A stretch of 64,000 bases of DNA from the human T2T-CHM13v2.0 reference genome, Homo sapiens, in assembly GCF_009914755.1 (NCBI RefSeq), contig NC_060931.1. One strand, given 5' to 3'. The translations under genes were made by a program, and so were the position numbers. Numbering within the stretch: the first letter of the stretch is position 1; each line of letters starts with the position of its first letter. Shown piece after piece: positions 29,794-43,500 of the stretch. The notes under the pieces were generated by a model. The model worked only from the letters and a program-made list of their open reading frames with translations. It did no database searches and was not told the DNA's origin.

Positions 29794-31225
29794 GCATTGG
29801 GATGAGAGGTCTGGTCTATTTGTGTCAGAGTCCTGTGTGCTTCTACACAAGATAGTTTGTGTGCCTGTCTGCATGCATGTGTATACAAAAATCACGCCCC
29901 GCAATTATGTACACAGTCACACATATCAATCTCTTAGTAAAATGACAAGTCTGGGCAGTGTCACTCACTGTACCTTGGAATCCTAATTTTTTAACCTTTG
30001 CTTCCGCCACCTAGGTTTACTATTCCTCTCCCATGTTTTATTCTCATACCTGCCACCCTAAGTTTATTGTGTACCATGGAGACTAGTATGAGAATGAAGA
30101 TTTGAAATACCTTTAGTTCATGAGGCATTCTTCAGATATTTTCTGTTTCCTTTTATTGAGGATATTTTCTTTTAGGTGAGAAGAGAAAAAGGTATTGGGT
30201 CTGTTCTGTTTTACTATTGATTGTTTTCACTTAAATAATGATAGCCAATTTTTATACAAAGTTTTCATCTCAGCAGGCAAATGTATTCAGATGAGCACAC
30301 ACACTAAAAAGCTTGCCTTCTGTTTCTATGATTAATTGAGATGTAGAGAATGATGGGTGTGGGGTAAAAATGGAAAGGTAATTAGTGTAACTAGGCATGA
30401 AATACATTCATATACAAGCAGAACCTCTCCCCAGCTAGTGATCTTTTTCTGGGCTCTGAGGATTTGCATCCCATTAGTAAGTCACTGGCATGGAAATCTT
30501 CAGCCTTTGGGGAGACCAGAGCATTAAAAATAGAATTAACTCTAACTGCAAACGGAGTCAGCACACTAGGCCATTAATTCTTCTGCTTGGGTATATATCA
30601 TGCTGAGCTTCTGTGTGTGGGCTTCTGAAATGTTAGGAGTGAGTTTTATAGAGCATTGCCAGGACTAAATGATAGTTATCTATCATCTCATCTCTCACCC
30701 TCACTACTGAGATTTTAATATCTCTCATGACCCAAAACCTGAAATACAGGCAGAAGGTTTTGCTAGAAACATTAAGTAGGGGCCTTTCTTTAGAGAAGTT
30801 GTATACTGTATATTTTGTTAACATAAATCTATGTTGTGCTTTACAGTATGTCAGAGATTCCTTATTTTCAAAACCTTATGTCCTCAGATCATCACAATGC
30901 CTCAAATGTTATCCTTTCTAAAACTGAGAATTATGCCTTTTTGCATAACTCCACCAACTAATGATAAAAGTTGCCTAGTGTTATTATTTTTAGAAATATT
31001 AGTGGTATTGGAAACATTTTAAAATCAACTTCCAAGTATAAAATTTATTGAAACATTTAATATATACAAGCTACATAGAGTACTCTCAATTTCTAATAAT
31101 CTCTCTTTTCTTTTCTTCCCTTACCCTTCTCCAGCTTCTTTGGGAATCTCTGACAGATATTATTTTCTTTAGTCATCCCAGAGCAGTACAATTATTAACA
31201 GCTGCCATTGACTGATTGCCTGTCC

Positions 31226-31439
31226 CAGGGTTTCTCATACTTCGCACTATTAACATTTGGGTAAAGATAATACTTTGTCATGGGATGCTGTCCTGTGCTT
31301 TGTAGGATGTTTGGCAGTACCCCTGGCCTGTACCCATACCAGATGCCTGTAGCAGCTCTCCATACTGATGACCAAAAATGTGTCCAGATATTGCCAAATG
31401 TCCCCTGGAAGAGAAATCTTCCCTGGTTGTGAACCACTG
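31226..31439 (-). mobile_element. MER20 hAT-Charlie DNA transposon
   Basis: Termini CAGGGTTTCTCA and TGTGAACCACTG; internal TTGCCAAATGTCCCCTGG; degenerate 8-bp TSD GCCTGTCC/GCCTATTC. Confidence 0.88.
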
Positions 31440-31501
31440 GCCTATTCTCTACTAGTCACTATTTCATTTGATCCTATAGTAGCTGCAAGATATGTGGGAC
31501 T

Positions 31502-31823
<322 letters not shown>

Positions 31824-31825
31824 CT

Positions 31826-32307
31826 ATATTAATCAGGATCCTGGCAGGGAACAGATCTTTGCAGCGTGGGTCATAGACTTTTATGAAGGGACTACTTAAC
31901 AAGGAAGTTAGTAAGGTTAAATGAACTGCTTAGGGAAGTGGGGGTACCCAGAAAATAGCAATAGTGGGAGGTCATTCCTACAAAGAAGAGAGGGGAGGAA
32001 ATTTTTCCTGGAGTGCTGGAGAGCTGGAGCCCTGGAATAGTGGCTTCCAGAGGGAGATGAAGTCAGGAAGAGACATAGCCATGGCCAGTTATGCAGCACT
32101 GTGACAGGGAGAGTGTAGGACAGCCTGGCCTCTCCCTCCTCCTTAATTCTTTGGCCACCAGCCTGTCCTGCCAGTAGATTAAGCCCAAGTGAAATCCAAC
32201 CAGCAAAGAACTAGAGTGTTGCAGCTCCAGGATTCAGCCCCCATGGGCTTAGAGAAGGAAGGACAATTGAATCTGTTGGGGGGAAAATGAAGAAAATCCC
32301 TCCAACA
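31826..32307 (-). mobile_element. LTR33-like ERVL solo LTR
   Basis: Starts TATATTAATCAGGATCCTGGCAGGGAACAGAT...AAGGGACTACTTA and ends AATCTG...GGGGAAAATGAAGAAAATCC...ACA, resembling reverse-complemented LTR33 as I recall it. Confidence 0.55.
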
Positions 32308-34039
32308 TCCCCATTTTAACATGAGAAATCGAGGTTTAATGATATAAAGTAATTCATCCAGGCATCTATTTGACTCCAGGCACAATGAAGGTATCATCTT
32401 AGTTGGTCTGTGTGAATGAACTGATGTTCAGCAAGACTGTGAATTATTCAAGGTTACTGATTTTAGTAGGTGGTAGATACAAGACTAAAACCCAGTTCTC
32501 ATTCCTCTTCTGGTGTTTGCTTTTTTATGTTGACCATTGAAAGAAATCTGAGAGCTCTATATCTGGCTGATTCTCAAGTAGACAAACAGGAGTGAAAGCT
32601 ATCTGCTGACCTTAAAAATCATTTCTTTCTGAAAATCTTGGAAAATTCTAGGTTTCATCTAGAATGTTTAAATGGCATATGCTATTTTTCCAATCTGTCA
32701 GCACATTTTTATCTTGATTGCAGACACTCAGCCCCAGCTGATGCAATATATTAGGAGAGGGAGGAGGACAAGACTGAGAATAAGGAGATTTGGGGCCCAG
32801 TTCTGGATCAGCCCCTCTTAGCTGTATAACTAGCCTTCAGAAATAGTACCAATAATATGTTTCATAAACCCTTCCCTTCTACATTCACCCAGATCTTCAC
32901 AGTTATTCTCAGGTATCTAATTGGAAAGGCTTTAAGCTATGTTTCACAAATGAAGAATCAGGCTTAGAAAGCACTATAATCTCACTGCAAATTTCATAAC
33001 AGGAAAGTTGTCCCATGCAGACTGAATTCACATCCCTCAATGAAAATGCATGGTCTTTTCTAGTCCACCCACTGCCTTTTGAAGTGATCAATTGATTTAC
33101 TCCCTATGGACTGCCAGTTTGCAGCATTTAATCCATTAGGTTGCATTATAAAATCATATCTCCATCTAAGTTCTGAGAATCTATGATTTCCTATGGTTAT
33201 TAGCAAGGCTACAGAGGATACCAATGTAGTTAGCACCTAGGGATTCATGGTTCTTTATTTTTCCTTTCTAGGTTTTAGATAAATATATTTATTATCTATA
33301 ACTTTTTGGAGGCAAGATCAATATTTTTGAAGTAATTTAAAAATACATGTGTACATGAAAACATATCTAAGTACATTAATACAGTCCCAGTATCTCACTT
33401 TATTCCTGGGTAAGTTGGGGGTTAGAAACTGAGATAGATTCCTACACTAAGGTGAAGTGTGTTGCCACTACTGGAAGATCTGGCAAGAATCCTAATCCTT
33501 TCCCAAATTGGTTGGTTTGTTTGCCTTCATGTGGGAGTCCCGGCAAGTGATACATTTCAGATCTCTATCACTTTGAGCTTGTGCTCACCCCTGATCTCTG
33601 CCCCACCTTTTGACACCCTACTTTTACAGCATTTTCGGGCTTTTGGTTTTTTTATCTTTTCAGTATTTTCAAGCATAAAATCAGGTTTACAATACAAAAA
33701 AAGTAGCTTTATTTTTTGTATCTGAACTTCATTTTTAAGTTCCTATTTCACCAAGCCAATTCCAAGAAAACATATAATGCAAGAGTTCTCCATCGAAGCT
33801 TAAAGCAAAAAGTATAGATATTTGAAGACTAAAACAACAAAAAAAGTGGAGAAGAATTGTAAGTTCTACCTTTGATATCCCTTGTGGTCTGTCAAAAATA
33901 TAAATTCCCTCAAAAATATTTTCACTGATAAAATCTGGCTACATTATAACATTGTGTCTGCTCTAGATGATTAGTGGTGCTTTGGGAAAAACTATTTTAT
34001 AATTTTTATGATGATAATACATAAGGAAAGCTGGAAGAG

Positions 34040-34300
34040 CAACATTTTCAGTATTTAGAATAGACTTATGCCAGACTACCTGGGTACAGAGCCTGGCTTC
34101 ATCTCCTTTTACCTCTGTAACCTTGGGCAAGATACTTACCCTGTCTGTCTGTTTTGGTTTCCTCATTGATCTAATCAAATTATAAATAGGCATAGGCTTT
34201 CCAGATGTTTTTATGGTTAAACAAGTTGATATTGATAAAACATTTAGAATAGTACTGGAACATAAAAAAGACTATATAAATGTTAATTGTTATGAGAAAT
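34040..34300 (+). mobile_element. MIR relic followed by a CAT/CAC-rich tract
   Basis: GCCAGACTACCTGGGT...CTGTAACCTTGGGCAAGATACTTACCCT...GTTTCCTCAT. Confidence 0.75.
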
Positions 34301-35187
34301 ATCCTTTTCATGATGATCATTACCACCACCATCACCACCATCCACTTCTGCTGCACAGAGATGCAATCCAATGTTTCCATTCTTCTAAAGTATAATTATT
34401 TTGAAATAAGTGGTATTATTTTAAAAATAGTGAAGCTCTGTAATAAGCTTCACTGTTTAGAATATGAAATAAATGGTAACATACATGTGAATAATGTGCA
34501 TTTGTATTATGGAATATATAACCTAACTCAGAACCTTCAATTCGAAGACTTAGCCACCTTTTCTTTCCAGCTGATAGTATACTGCATGTATAGAATGTCT
34601 TATTTGCATTGATTCTAGTTGGTTTGGTGTCATTACACTGAGTATGTTTCCCCAAGGTTTTAGATTAGAAACTACTGACAAAGAAATATTCCAGGAGTCA
34701 GAATTAGACATAAATTATATGCTGCAGAGGTGTCTTCTTATTACCACAAGCCAGGTCAGAGTCTCTAAAATCACATTCAGTTACTCTTTTAGTGGTTATT
34801 AAGTTTCACCCTTGAGAGAATTAAGAGGCCTGACAATGAAGTATAATAAATCTTACTGTGACCCAAACACAATTAGTAATTAAACTTCCCATTAACAATC
34901 CCAAATCTGCTAGATAAAATAAGTAGAAAACTTATATTTTTGTTTACTTTTTACTTTCATATTTAGAGAAGTTGAAAAAAGTTTCACAGATTTCATAAAA
35001 ATAATTGCAATATTTGCCTGTTTCATTAATGTAGAGTCAATGCCTCATTTATGTGCTTGGGTTTTTCATTTGAGAATGAGAATGGACCAAGAAAAGGGTG
35101 AGACTTTTTTTTTTTTTAACACATGAGCAATTGGCTCTCTATTTTTTTAATTTTTATCTATTTTTTTTTTTTTGTCTCAATCCCCAG

Positions 35188-35319
35188 CCTCTGAGCCCAA
35201 CTTGAAGGTGCGGTCCAGGTTAAAACAGAAAGTGGCAGAGAGGAGAAGCAGCCCCTTACTCAGGCGGAAGGATGGAAATGTTGTCACTTCATTCAAGAAG
35301 CGAATGTTTGAGGTGACAG
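35188..35319 (+). CDS. HDAC9: HDAC9 coding exon (conventional exon 7): (A)[43 protein letters not shown], carrying a 14-3-3 phospho-Ser and the NLS
   Basis: Long T-tract then CCCCAG|CC ... ACAG|GTAATT; 132 nt, phase 1-1; class IIa HDAC signature. Absent from the ORF track. Confidence 0.97.
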
Positions 35320-38179
35320 GTAATTGAGGACTGGGCAGACCTATGAATGCTGGGAGTAGGAATGAAAAAAAAATAGTTTAGAATAAATATACCTGCTGCA
35401 TATTAAAAGTTATTTTGAGAAGAAATATTTCTTGAAAGGAAATTATATTGAAAACTCACAAGTAGTTCAATAAACCTTGCTATGCATTCACCAACTGTGT
35501 TAAACAGGAAATGAATGAAAAAACAGAACTATGTGTCAATCAAGGCATAACTAGGGAACACCAAAGCTCACCTTATTCTTTTCAGGAACAGGCAGTCCAT
35601 TTTGGGAATGCCAACCAGGAGAATATAATTTTTAATGAAATTTGATCAGAAATGAGCAGAGGGAGGTCCAAGAAGAACACTTTCCCCTGTACTCAGACAT
35701 GAATGTACAAAATACATCTGGGAAAATTAAACTACATGGAACAGCAAAACCTTGACTTTTCAACAAATTTACAGAACTCATAAATGACTTTATGTGTTTA
35801 CTAGTGAAGTGGGACTTATGGCAGGAGGGGGATATATTGCTTTTTATGAAGGGGAAGAAACTGTCATTTTCATGGGTCTCAAATGGAAGAGTTATTTTTT
35901 TAGCTGCCTGTTTTAGTAGAGGGGTTAGGAAATTCAACCTGAGGTCTTACAACACCCCTAGTTCCAGTTGTACCTGGTTTGAAATGAAAGACCTAAGGCT
36001 GTAAGAACCAAAAATACTAGCCAAAATACTTCTACTTACTACTGTTTTTTGAGTACCTACTTAGAGTCAGGTACTGTATCTAGTTGTTTCCTTTGGTTGC
36101 ATGAAGAAAGAAGTGGTAATCTGCAACCCCTTTTTTTTCCCATTCTCAAGGAAAACTGTGCTTATACCAATGTGGGCAGTTGGTATTAGTTCTCCAAGAT
36201 CAGATCTTATTTTTAGTAAGTTTTAAAAAAATTCTTTATTTTCTGTATAACTCTTTTGGCCATGACAGTGTCTACAGGAAGGCAATATAGAGGAAGACTG
36301 TGGAAGTGGTGGTAGAAACGTGTATTTAGGTTCTAATGCAACCTGAAAGTTTGGCCGATAATTTTTGGAAAATAATATTTAGTCTCCTATTCAATCTGGA
36401 CAACTTTATATGCTTATCTGAAGAAAAGTGTTAGTGATTTCAATGGAAAGTATTTCCTTGGGATAAGAAATATTAAATCTGAATAATAAATACAATTATT
36501 TTACTAGAGTTTATATGTATTATCCAACATTAAATATAATCACTAATTTAGACGAATTGAATTCTAAGTTTGGAGTTACAGACTTTTTTCCCAGGAAATA
36601 CTATTGTATGTAAGTAAATAAAAATCTTAGGTTTTTCTAATAGAGGTCTTTGATGGGGGTGGGCAGTTGAGGAGTGAATTTGTTTTAATGAATGTGAAGA
36701 ATTATAAACCTATCAGGTGTCTAATGTAAATGTAGATAGGTGGTTTTTCTAACTGCAGAAAGTAAGCCCCTTCTAACAGCAAAACTTCTAGAAAAGACAA
36801 AACTGAATATAATGCTATTTTATTTTGCTTCATAGTCTTAATGTCTGAAGTCATATTTATTTATCCCAATGTGCTTTTCTGTGTTCCTGTAGTCTGTTTT
36901 CTTGATCATAGCTTTTTCTACACAGTCACTTTTTCTTCCGTACCAAATTGCAGTGGCATTTAGCTCAATACCTATCTCAGTAATGATTGGTTCTTATTTA
37001 TAAGGATTATGATTTACCAGAGTTTTACTCGAATTTCCTTAAATTTAAAATATATTTCTCTTCTTAATTTCGTGAGATAAGCACTCGCCCTTTCACCTCA
37101 GGAAACAATATGTATTGGAAGAGAGACTTGTACATTTATTAGAAAGACATTTCTGGTGAGTGGACTTACGGATGCTTTGGTAGATATTTTTAACTGGTAT
37201 ACCGCACTTACTCGAAATGTCTTTGGAGGCTCCGGACTACTGACACACAGCTGTCTTCACCTGTACTCCTTCCCATTGCTCTGCCAACTTTCATCTAGTT
37301 TGGATGAGATTTGTTTGGATCTTAATACTAAATATTTTTAGTATCTAGTCAGAGACTATCATAACATCAGAGCAGTTCAGTTGCTTTTGCTGTTATCCTC
37401 TTACCTCTATGTCTTTTCTCTCTTCCCCATTTCATAGATTAAAGTGTAAGCTCTTTTCAAACTCATTCCACTCATTGACATGGGAACCCACTTGCCATCT
37501 TTTTTTTTCAAATTCAAGTATTTTCTGCCCCCTACAAAAAGTCCTGTTCTTTTCAAATGTTAAAATTGACTCCCCCTGTGCCTGCAATGCCTTCTCTGCC
37601 ATTCTCCCTACTCCAACATCCTTATTTCATTGGCTACCCTTCTTCAAGCTCCAGTTCCAATATCATACACTGAGATCAGAGATCTCAGAAAATCAGTTGC
37701 TATCTTCTCCCAGATCCCATCCAGTGTCATGTCATAGAATCCTCTGGTACAGTAGTTGTTGCCCTGAATTCTAGTGCTTATCACAGTGATTTCTACATAA
37801 GGAAATACTTCAGTCTTAATATCATAAAATAATATAAATATTATAATTTAAAATTGGTAAGACAGAATGTTTAAGAAAGTAGTTTTTAAAAAATATGGAA
37901 ATGGAAATGATATGGAAATGAGACATTAATGAGAAATCAGTCATATTGTAAAGACGAGAGTTAGGAGTTGGGAAAAAGAAGCTCCTGTAAGAATTTTTAA
38001 ATTCTACATTTCCTTTGTTAAAGTAAAACCAGAGGTGATGATTAAAAAAAATTAATCAAAATATAAACCAGATATATAGACAGAAAGGCAGTGAGCAAAA
38101 TGTGTTTAAGTATTTTATTATACTAATAATTTGCTCAAATCCCACAGTAAATAAGTGGCAGGATTAGAATTCTTACATT

Positions 38180-39620
38180 AACCTCACATTCTTTCCAGTG
38201 GTACTGCATTTCTGAGTAGAGATTTAATTATAATACAAGTTGAGAGTTATAGGTGTTCTGAGAGAGGGTAAGAAAATATTGCTTGGAAACTGGGTGTTCC
38301 CTTTCTCTGAGGGACATACGTTATATGAGCCAGGCTTGGACCTTATAGGTGGGATTCGGCCTGCAATGAAATGGAAAGAAAGGAGGATACAAAAGCATGA
38401 ACTGGAAAAGTATTTGGCATGAAAGGAGAATAGGTGATTTAATTTGACTGAGTGTAGAGTACAGAAAGGGCAATGGTGGGAAATAATATTAGGCTCTATT
38501 TTGGAGCAGAGGGACATGGTGTGAGTTATCTCTGTCTGATCCTTTTGCAAGAGTTTGAAAGAAAGGTTTGAGAGACTACTGTAGTGACTCAGAAATATTA
38601 GCAGACTTTTGCTATAGTTCTTGACAGAATAACAAGGCCTTAAACTGAAATGATTGTAGTCAGACATAGATGGAGAGATAGTGTAAAGATCACATAAAAA
38701 GGGCCTAGTAACTAATTAGATTTGCAGTAAAGAGAGAGTGAGGATGACTCTAGGGTGATGAAAAAATAGAGATATGCAGGAAACAGTTAATATTAAAATA
38801 CATACATTGAGTTTTACACATATGTAGGGGAGCTTGGAAGGTCCAGCTTTCAGAGGAATTTGGGCTGGAATTTATGAGTTAAAGGCAAGAAATGTGACTT
38901 TCCTGAGATAATTCTGCCCCAAAATGACATATGAAGTCATGATACTGAGTGATTTTGACAAGGGAAATAGAAAAGGGATAAAGTCACAAACTTAGGTGAA
39001 TGTCTGAATTTAGGAATTGGTAGGAGGAAGAAAAGTCAAAGAGATGGGAAGACAAACATGGATGTAGAGAATGCCACTGTAGAAAGGATGTGGAAAGGAA
39101 TGTTTTCTCTGAGGCCTTCAAGTGTGGTGGCATTTGAGAGAACAGTTGCAGTTAATAGTGGGTAAGCTATATTGCCAAGGCTTGAAGAAGTGAGTGGACA
39201 TTGTGAGAGCACACCATTTCTCAAGAATTACTAGCATGCTGTCAGACTAGAGGGGCAATTCCAGTGTAGGAGGAGGGCCTGAAGATTCCACCTAACTAAT
39301 CCTTTTAGGATTTTTTTAAGGGGATGGGATCATGGGTAAGACTAAATGTGTGAGCGTTAGAGAGGAAGAGAAATGCCTTATATTTGAAATGGGAAAAGAG
39401 AATGTAGATAACATAATCATGAGTAGAAAGAAAAGATGCTGGTGGAAATCATATCAAAAATCCTGTCTCTGAAAAGCATGAGGCAAGATCATTTGTGCAG
39501 AGTTGGGTTGACAAGGTGTAATGATGAGGCAGCTAGGAAGATTTTGAAATGAGTGAAGTGTAGAAGGTGGTAGGGAATTAATTAGAGCTGAATAAATAAT
39601 TTGCCAAAGCTTGATAAGAT
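38180..39620 (-). mobile_element. Highly decayed L2 (antisense, purine-rich)
   Basis: L2-type motifs such as TTGGAGCAGAGGGACATG, GTGAGGATGACTCTAGGG and TTTGGGCTGGA; boundaries uncertain. Confidence 0.5.
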
Positions 39621-40464
39621 GACTTCTCTAGCTATATTTCTAGGAAATGGAAATTTATATTTTTGATTAAATGTTTTAATAAATGCATTAGTTTCTGCAT
39701 AAGTTGAGGTACATGTGAATTTCATATCTGAAGAGGAAAGGATGGGTTAAATAAAGAATCTGTCTTGTTGTTGCCTGACTTTTGCTAAAAGGAATTTCTT
39801 GTTATATTGGTATTTACAAATCTACATGTTAAATTTAGGCAACTTCTCATTTTCTGGAAAATAAGTTGAGTAGAGTTAAAGTCAGATGGTCTTGTACAAG
39901 GTCATCAGTGCAATGTTGAGATTTTACATTCTATTGTATTTTCTTCATATAACTTGAACTAGTATATGCAATAATAAGGTATAGCCTTAGTATATTAAAT
40001 AAAAAACAATTTACAGCACAGCATTTGAACAATTTTTTTCAGACCTAATGGAATGGGTCTGAACCTCATGGGTTAACGACTTGTCTTTTGATGTGCACAA
40101 GTTCATTGTCTTCATTACTGTTATTTTCTGTAATAGCATAAGAGCAAGTAAGAAAAGATTCCTTTCTTCAGTTTTTTTTTTTTTTCTCATTCAAAGCTCC
40201 TGTGACCCTCTCTAACTGGATATCTTTACTTCTCTAGAAACTGTTGAACACTATGTAGTATGTTTTGCCATGAAAACAAAGGAGGAATAAGTGGTATGAA
40301 AATTCAGAGTTACTGCAGAAATTTTTAGTTCTTTCTATTTTGTGAAATAGTGCTTGCATTTACATAGGGGGAAAATAACATGCCCAATGTTACATGTTAC
40401 AGTAACTAAAGTTCATCTATGTATGTTCCTCATGAACACATTTGTACTTCACAATATTTTTCAG

Positions 40465-40580
40465 AATCCTCAGTCAGTAGCAGTTCTCCAGGCTCTGGTC
40501 CCAGTTCACCAAACAATGGGCCAACTGGAAGTGTTACTGAAAATGAGACTTCGGTTTTGCCCCCTACCCCTCATGCCGAG
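40465..40580 (+). CDS. HDAC9: HDAC9 coding exon (exon 8): (E)[38 protein letters not shown]
   Basis: TTTTTCAG|AA ... GAG|GTAAGA; 116 nt, phase 1-0; conserved [10 protein letters not shown] motif. Confidence 0.97.
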
Positions 40581-43500
40581 GTAAGACCCTTATTATTTTG
40601 TTTCTTTTAAAAACTGAATTTCTGATTAGCTACCTAATACAAAGTGATACTTCTGAGTTGACCTTCAATATCCAAATGATATTTATGAATTGAAGTTTAC
40701 TCAGTTCCACATATTGTAAACCAATTGAAAAAAATTGATATTTACTAACTAATGTAAATATTATAAACCTATAAGAAATGAACTGATATTTATTAGCTGA
40801 CATAAATAAATATCAATTTTTTTCTTACAGATTTTTTCTTATTTATGGAATTCAGTAAAATTGATCTTATTTATAAATCAGACAACCAAAGATGTTTGGA
40901 AGGCAATCTGGGCTTGAAATGTAATCCTCAGTCAAACATTCTTAGTGATCCTCCGTGCACACTGCCTGACAATTATGTAACTTACTAGTCCCTCTGCTTG
41001 GTTATTGGTTGTGCCGATGTGAGTAGACACATCAGTAAGTAAAAACAACTCGTACAGGCCTCTCAGAGGAAGAACCTAGCGAGGTGGATTTTTATCCATT
41101 TGAACTGAAAAGTGATGAAAAATAATTGCAGTATTATAGTTGAAGGGTGTGAAGCTTCACTGAGCAAACATTTTTTGAGCACCTGCTATATTCAAGTCAT
41201 TTTGCCTCACAGTAGGGATATAAACATGGACAAGATATGAACTCTATGTTTGAAGAATGACATATTAAAGGATATTAGTTTAAAGTAACACATGATTTAG
41301 TGTAACCAATGATACAAGACTAAGAGGAAAGTTAATGTAAAAGTCAGCAAGAATTTGTCTATGTAGTTTCTGTATAAGGCTATCAAAGGCAAGAGTCTGA
41401 AAATAGCCACTCATGAAATCACCTGTTTTGAAGTCATCAACAATTGACTGAAAGCCTTATTTTTGTTTCTGTTATTATGCCTTCTTCACTGTGCATTGCT
41501 CTGTGCAAGGAGAGCTGGTGCGTTAACTTCTAATATATAACATACTTCTTTTGTTATATTTTATAGAGTCATGGTACCTTGAGACAGAAAGGGACTGGTC
41601 AAGTCTCTTATTCTTGGATCATCTCCATAGCTTTTCTACCATGTGGTTATCCAGCCTCTGTTAGAACACTTCTGCTTATAGGGAGCTCACTTCACTGTCT
41701 CCTGAGGCAACCCAGTTGATTTTAAATAGTTATTTTGACTGATATGTCTCTGTACAGCTATTGCTCTGTAATTTCATATATTTTATACACACAAACACAA
41801 TATGATATGTATAATAAATTATTTATAAGTTATGAAATTATCAGGTCAGAATATAATAAGTGAAGGCAGAAATCCAGAAGTTGTCTCTGATGAGCAAAGG
41901 ACTGAAGCCAGTAAAGTCAGTTTTGCTCTAGGCACATTTGCACACTTGAGTTTTGAGCTTTGGTTTTCAGGGCCTCAGAAACTCAAGAGATAGAAGATAA
42001 AGCCTAGTACCAACCAGGGAGGATAATCTAATAGGAGATCCTGCAAACACTAAGCTGACACCCCAGAGGCCTGTATCTATGTTACATTGATTAGTTGACT
42101 GCCCCTCTTACTGCTGTGTCCCCTGCCAGCACCCCCTGCCCTGGGCTGTCTGATGTGGAACAGAGCAGAGGGCAGATCCTCTCTCTCAGATGTCGTAACC
42201 ACAAGCTAGTCCTTGTGTAGATCTGTAGCCCAAATCATATAACCTCAAGCTGTTAACTTGACTTATCATGGCACCACATTTGTAGTTCCCACGTTAGGAG
42301 TCTGCACAAAGCAAACAAAAACTCCCCTGGAGGAATATACCTTCCTTCTAGATTTCAAAAATTTCCCTCAAATAAGTTTCCAAGAAACATGAGCAAAATA
42401 TCTAGATGCTGTCGTTTGACCATTTTCAGCTATTTAAAGAATAGTAATTCTGGCCTCTACATGGTCTTCAGGTCCCGCATCTATTTCTTACTTACTATCC
42501 TGTTACCCCTCTTTATCTTTTTCTTTATCCTTTCAAAAACATGATAGCAGATGGAATAAATACTTTGTTTATATTTGCAGCCAGAGACATAAGTGGAGTT
42601 ATTGGGTTATTAGTTGTAGATAGCATCTTTTTGTTAGTGCAGTTATATCTGGATATTGGTCCATTCTCTGCAACTATTTAGTAAATTTCCAGGAAAAGAA
42701 CAACTTGGTTACAATTTTTTTTTCAAAAAATTTTAGATTGTTGTTATCTCTCAGTATGAAGAGTGTAATTCTTAGTAACTGCAAAAACAGCAAAGGATCT
42801 GGGTTCTAATCAGTCCCTGGATGGATTTTGTGCCATTGAAAAATGAAAACAACACACTAGACTACATTCAGCAGCATGTATGATTCTGAGAAATGCATTG
42901 TCATTGCAATGTTTCAGAAGACCACTTACAACATGGGAGGATTTTATTAGGTTCAGAAATGGTAATACCATACTTTGATAATATGTAGTAATAGTATATT
43001 TTTAAGAGGCGAGAGAGTGATGAACACAAAATTTAGCATGATGATTACCTTTCAGGGGGGAAGAAGGGGGAAAACATGATTTGATAGTTACTAAAGAAGA
43101 TACATATATTCCTTCATTGTAAATACATATGTATGTGCATATAGTATTTAGTACAACATATTGGAACAACCAGTAAGTATACATCAGTGAAGAAAGTAAA
43201 TAAAAGATTTTGCTTATACTGTTTTAATCTGTTTTATATTTCTAAAGCCATAACTTGGCACAAATCATCTGTTTAGGTACCCTAGCTTTTCAGCTAATTG
43301 TTGAACATATTCTCTCACTGCAAACCTTTCCTTTCACCCCCACCATTAAAAAAAGAAAAACAAAACAAAACAGAGGGAAATGTGATTTAATGGAGTTTAA
43401 AAGGGTAGAGGTATTTCTTCAGGTCAGTGACAGGACATTCACCTCCAAATCTGGAAAGACGAGTTCAAAAGCAAGCAGTGACTTACCTCATAATGAATTA

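Noticed and set aside
34213-34395. Poly-His ORF (HHHHHH)
   Set aside because: It translates a decayed CAT/CAC tract at the end of a MIR; no splice or coding support.
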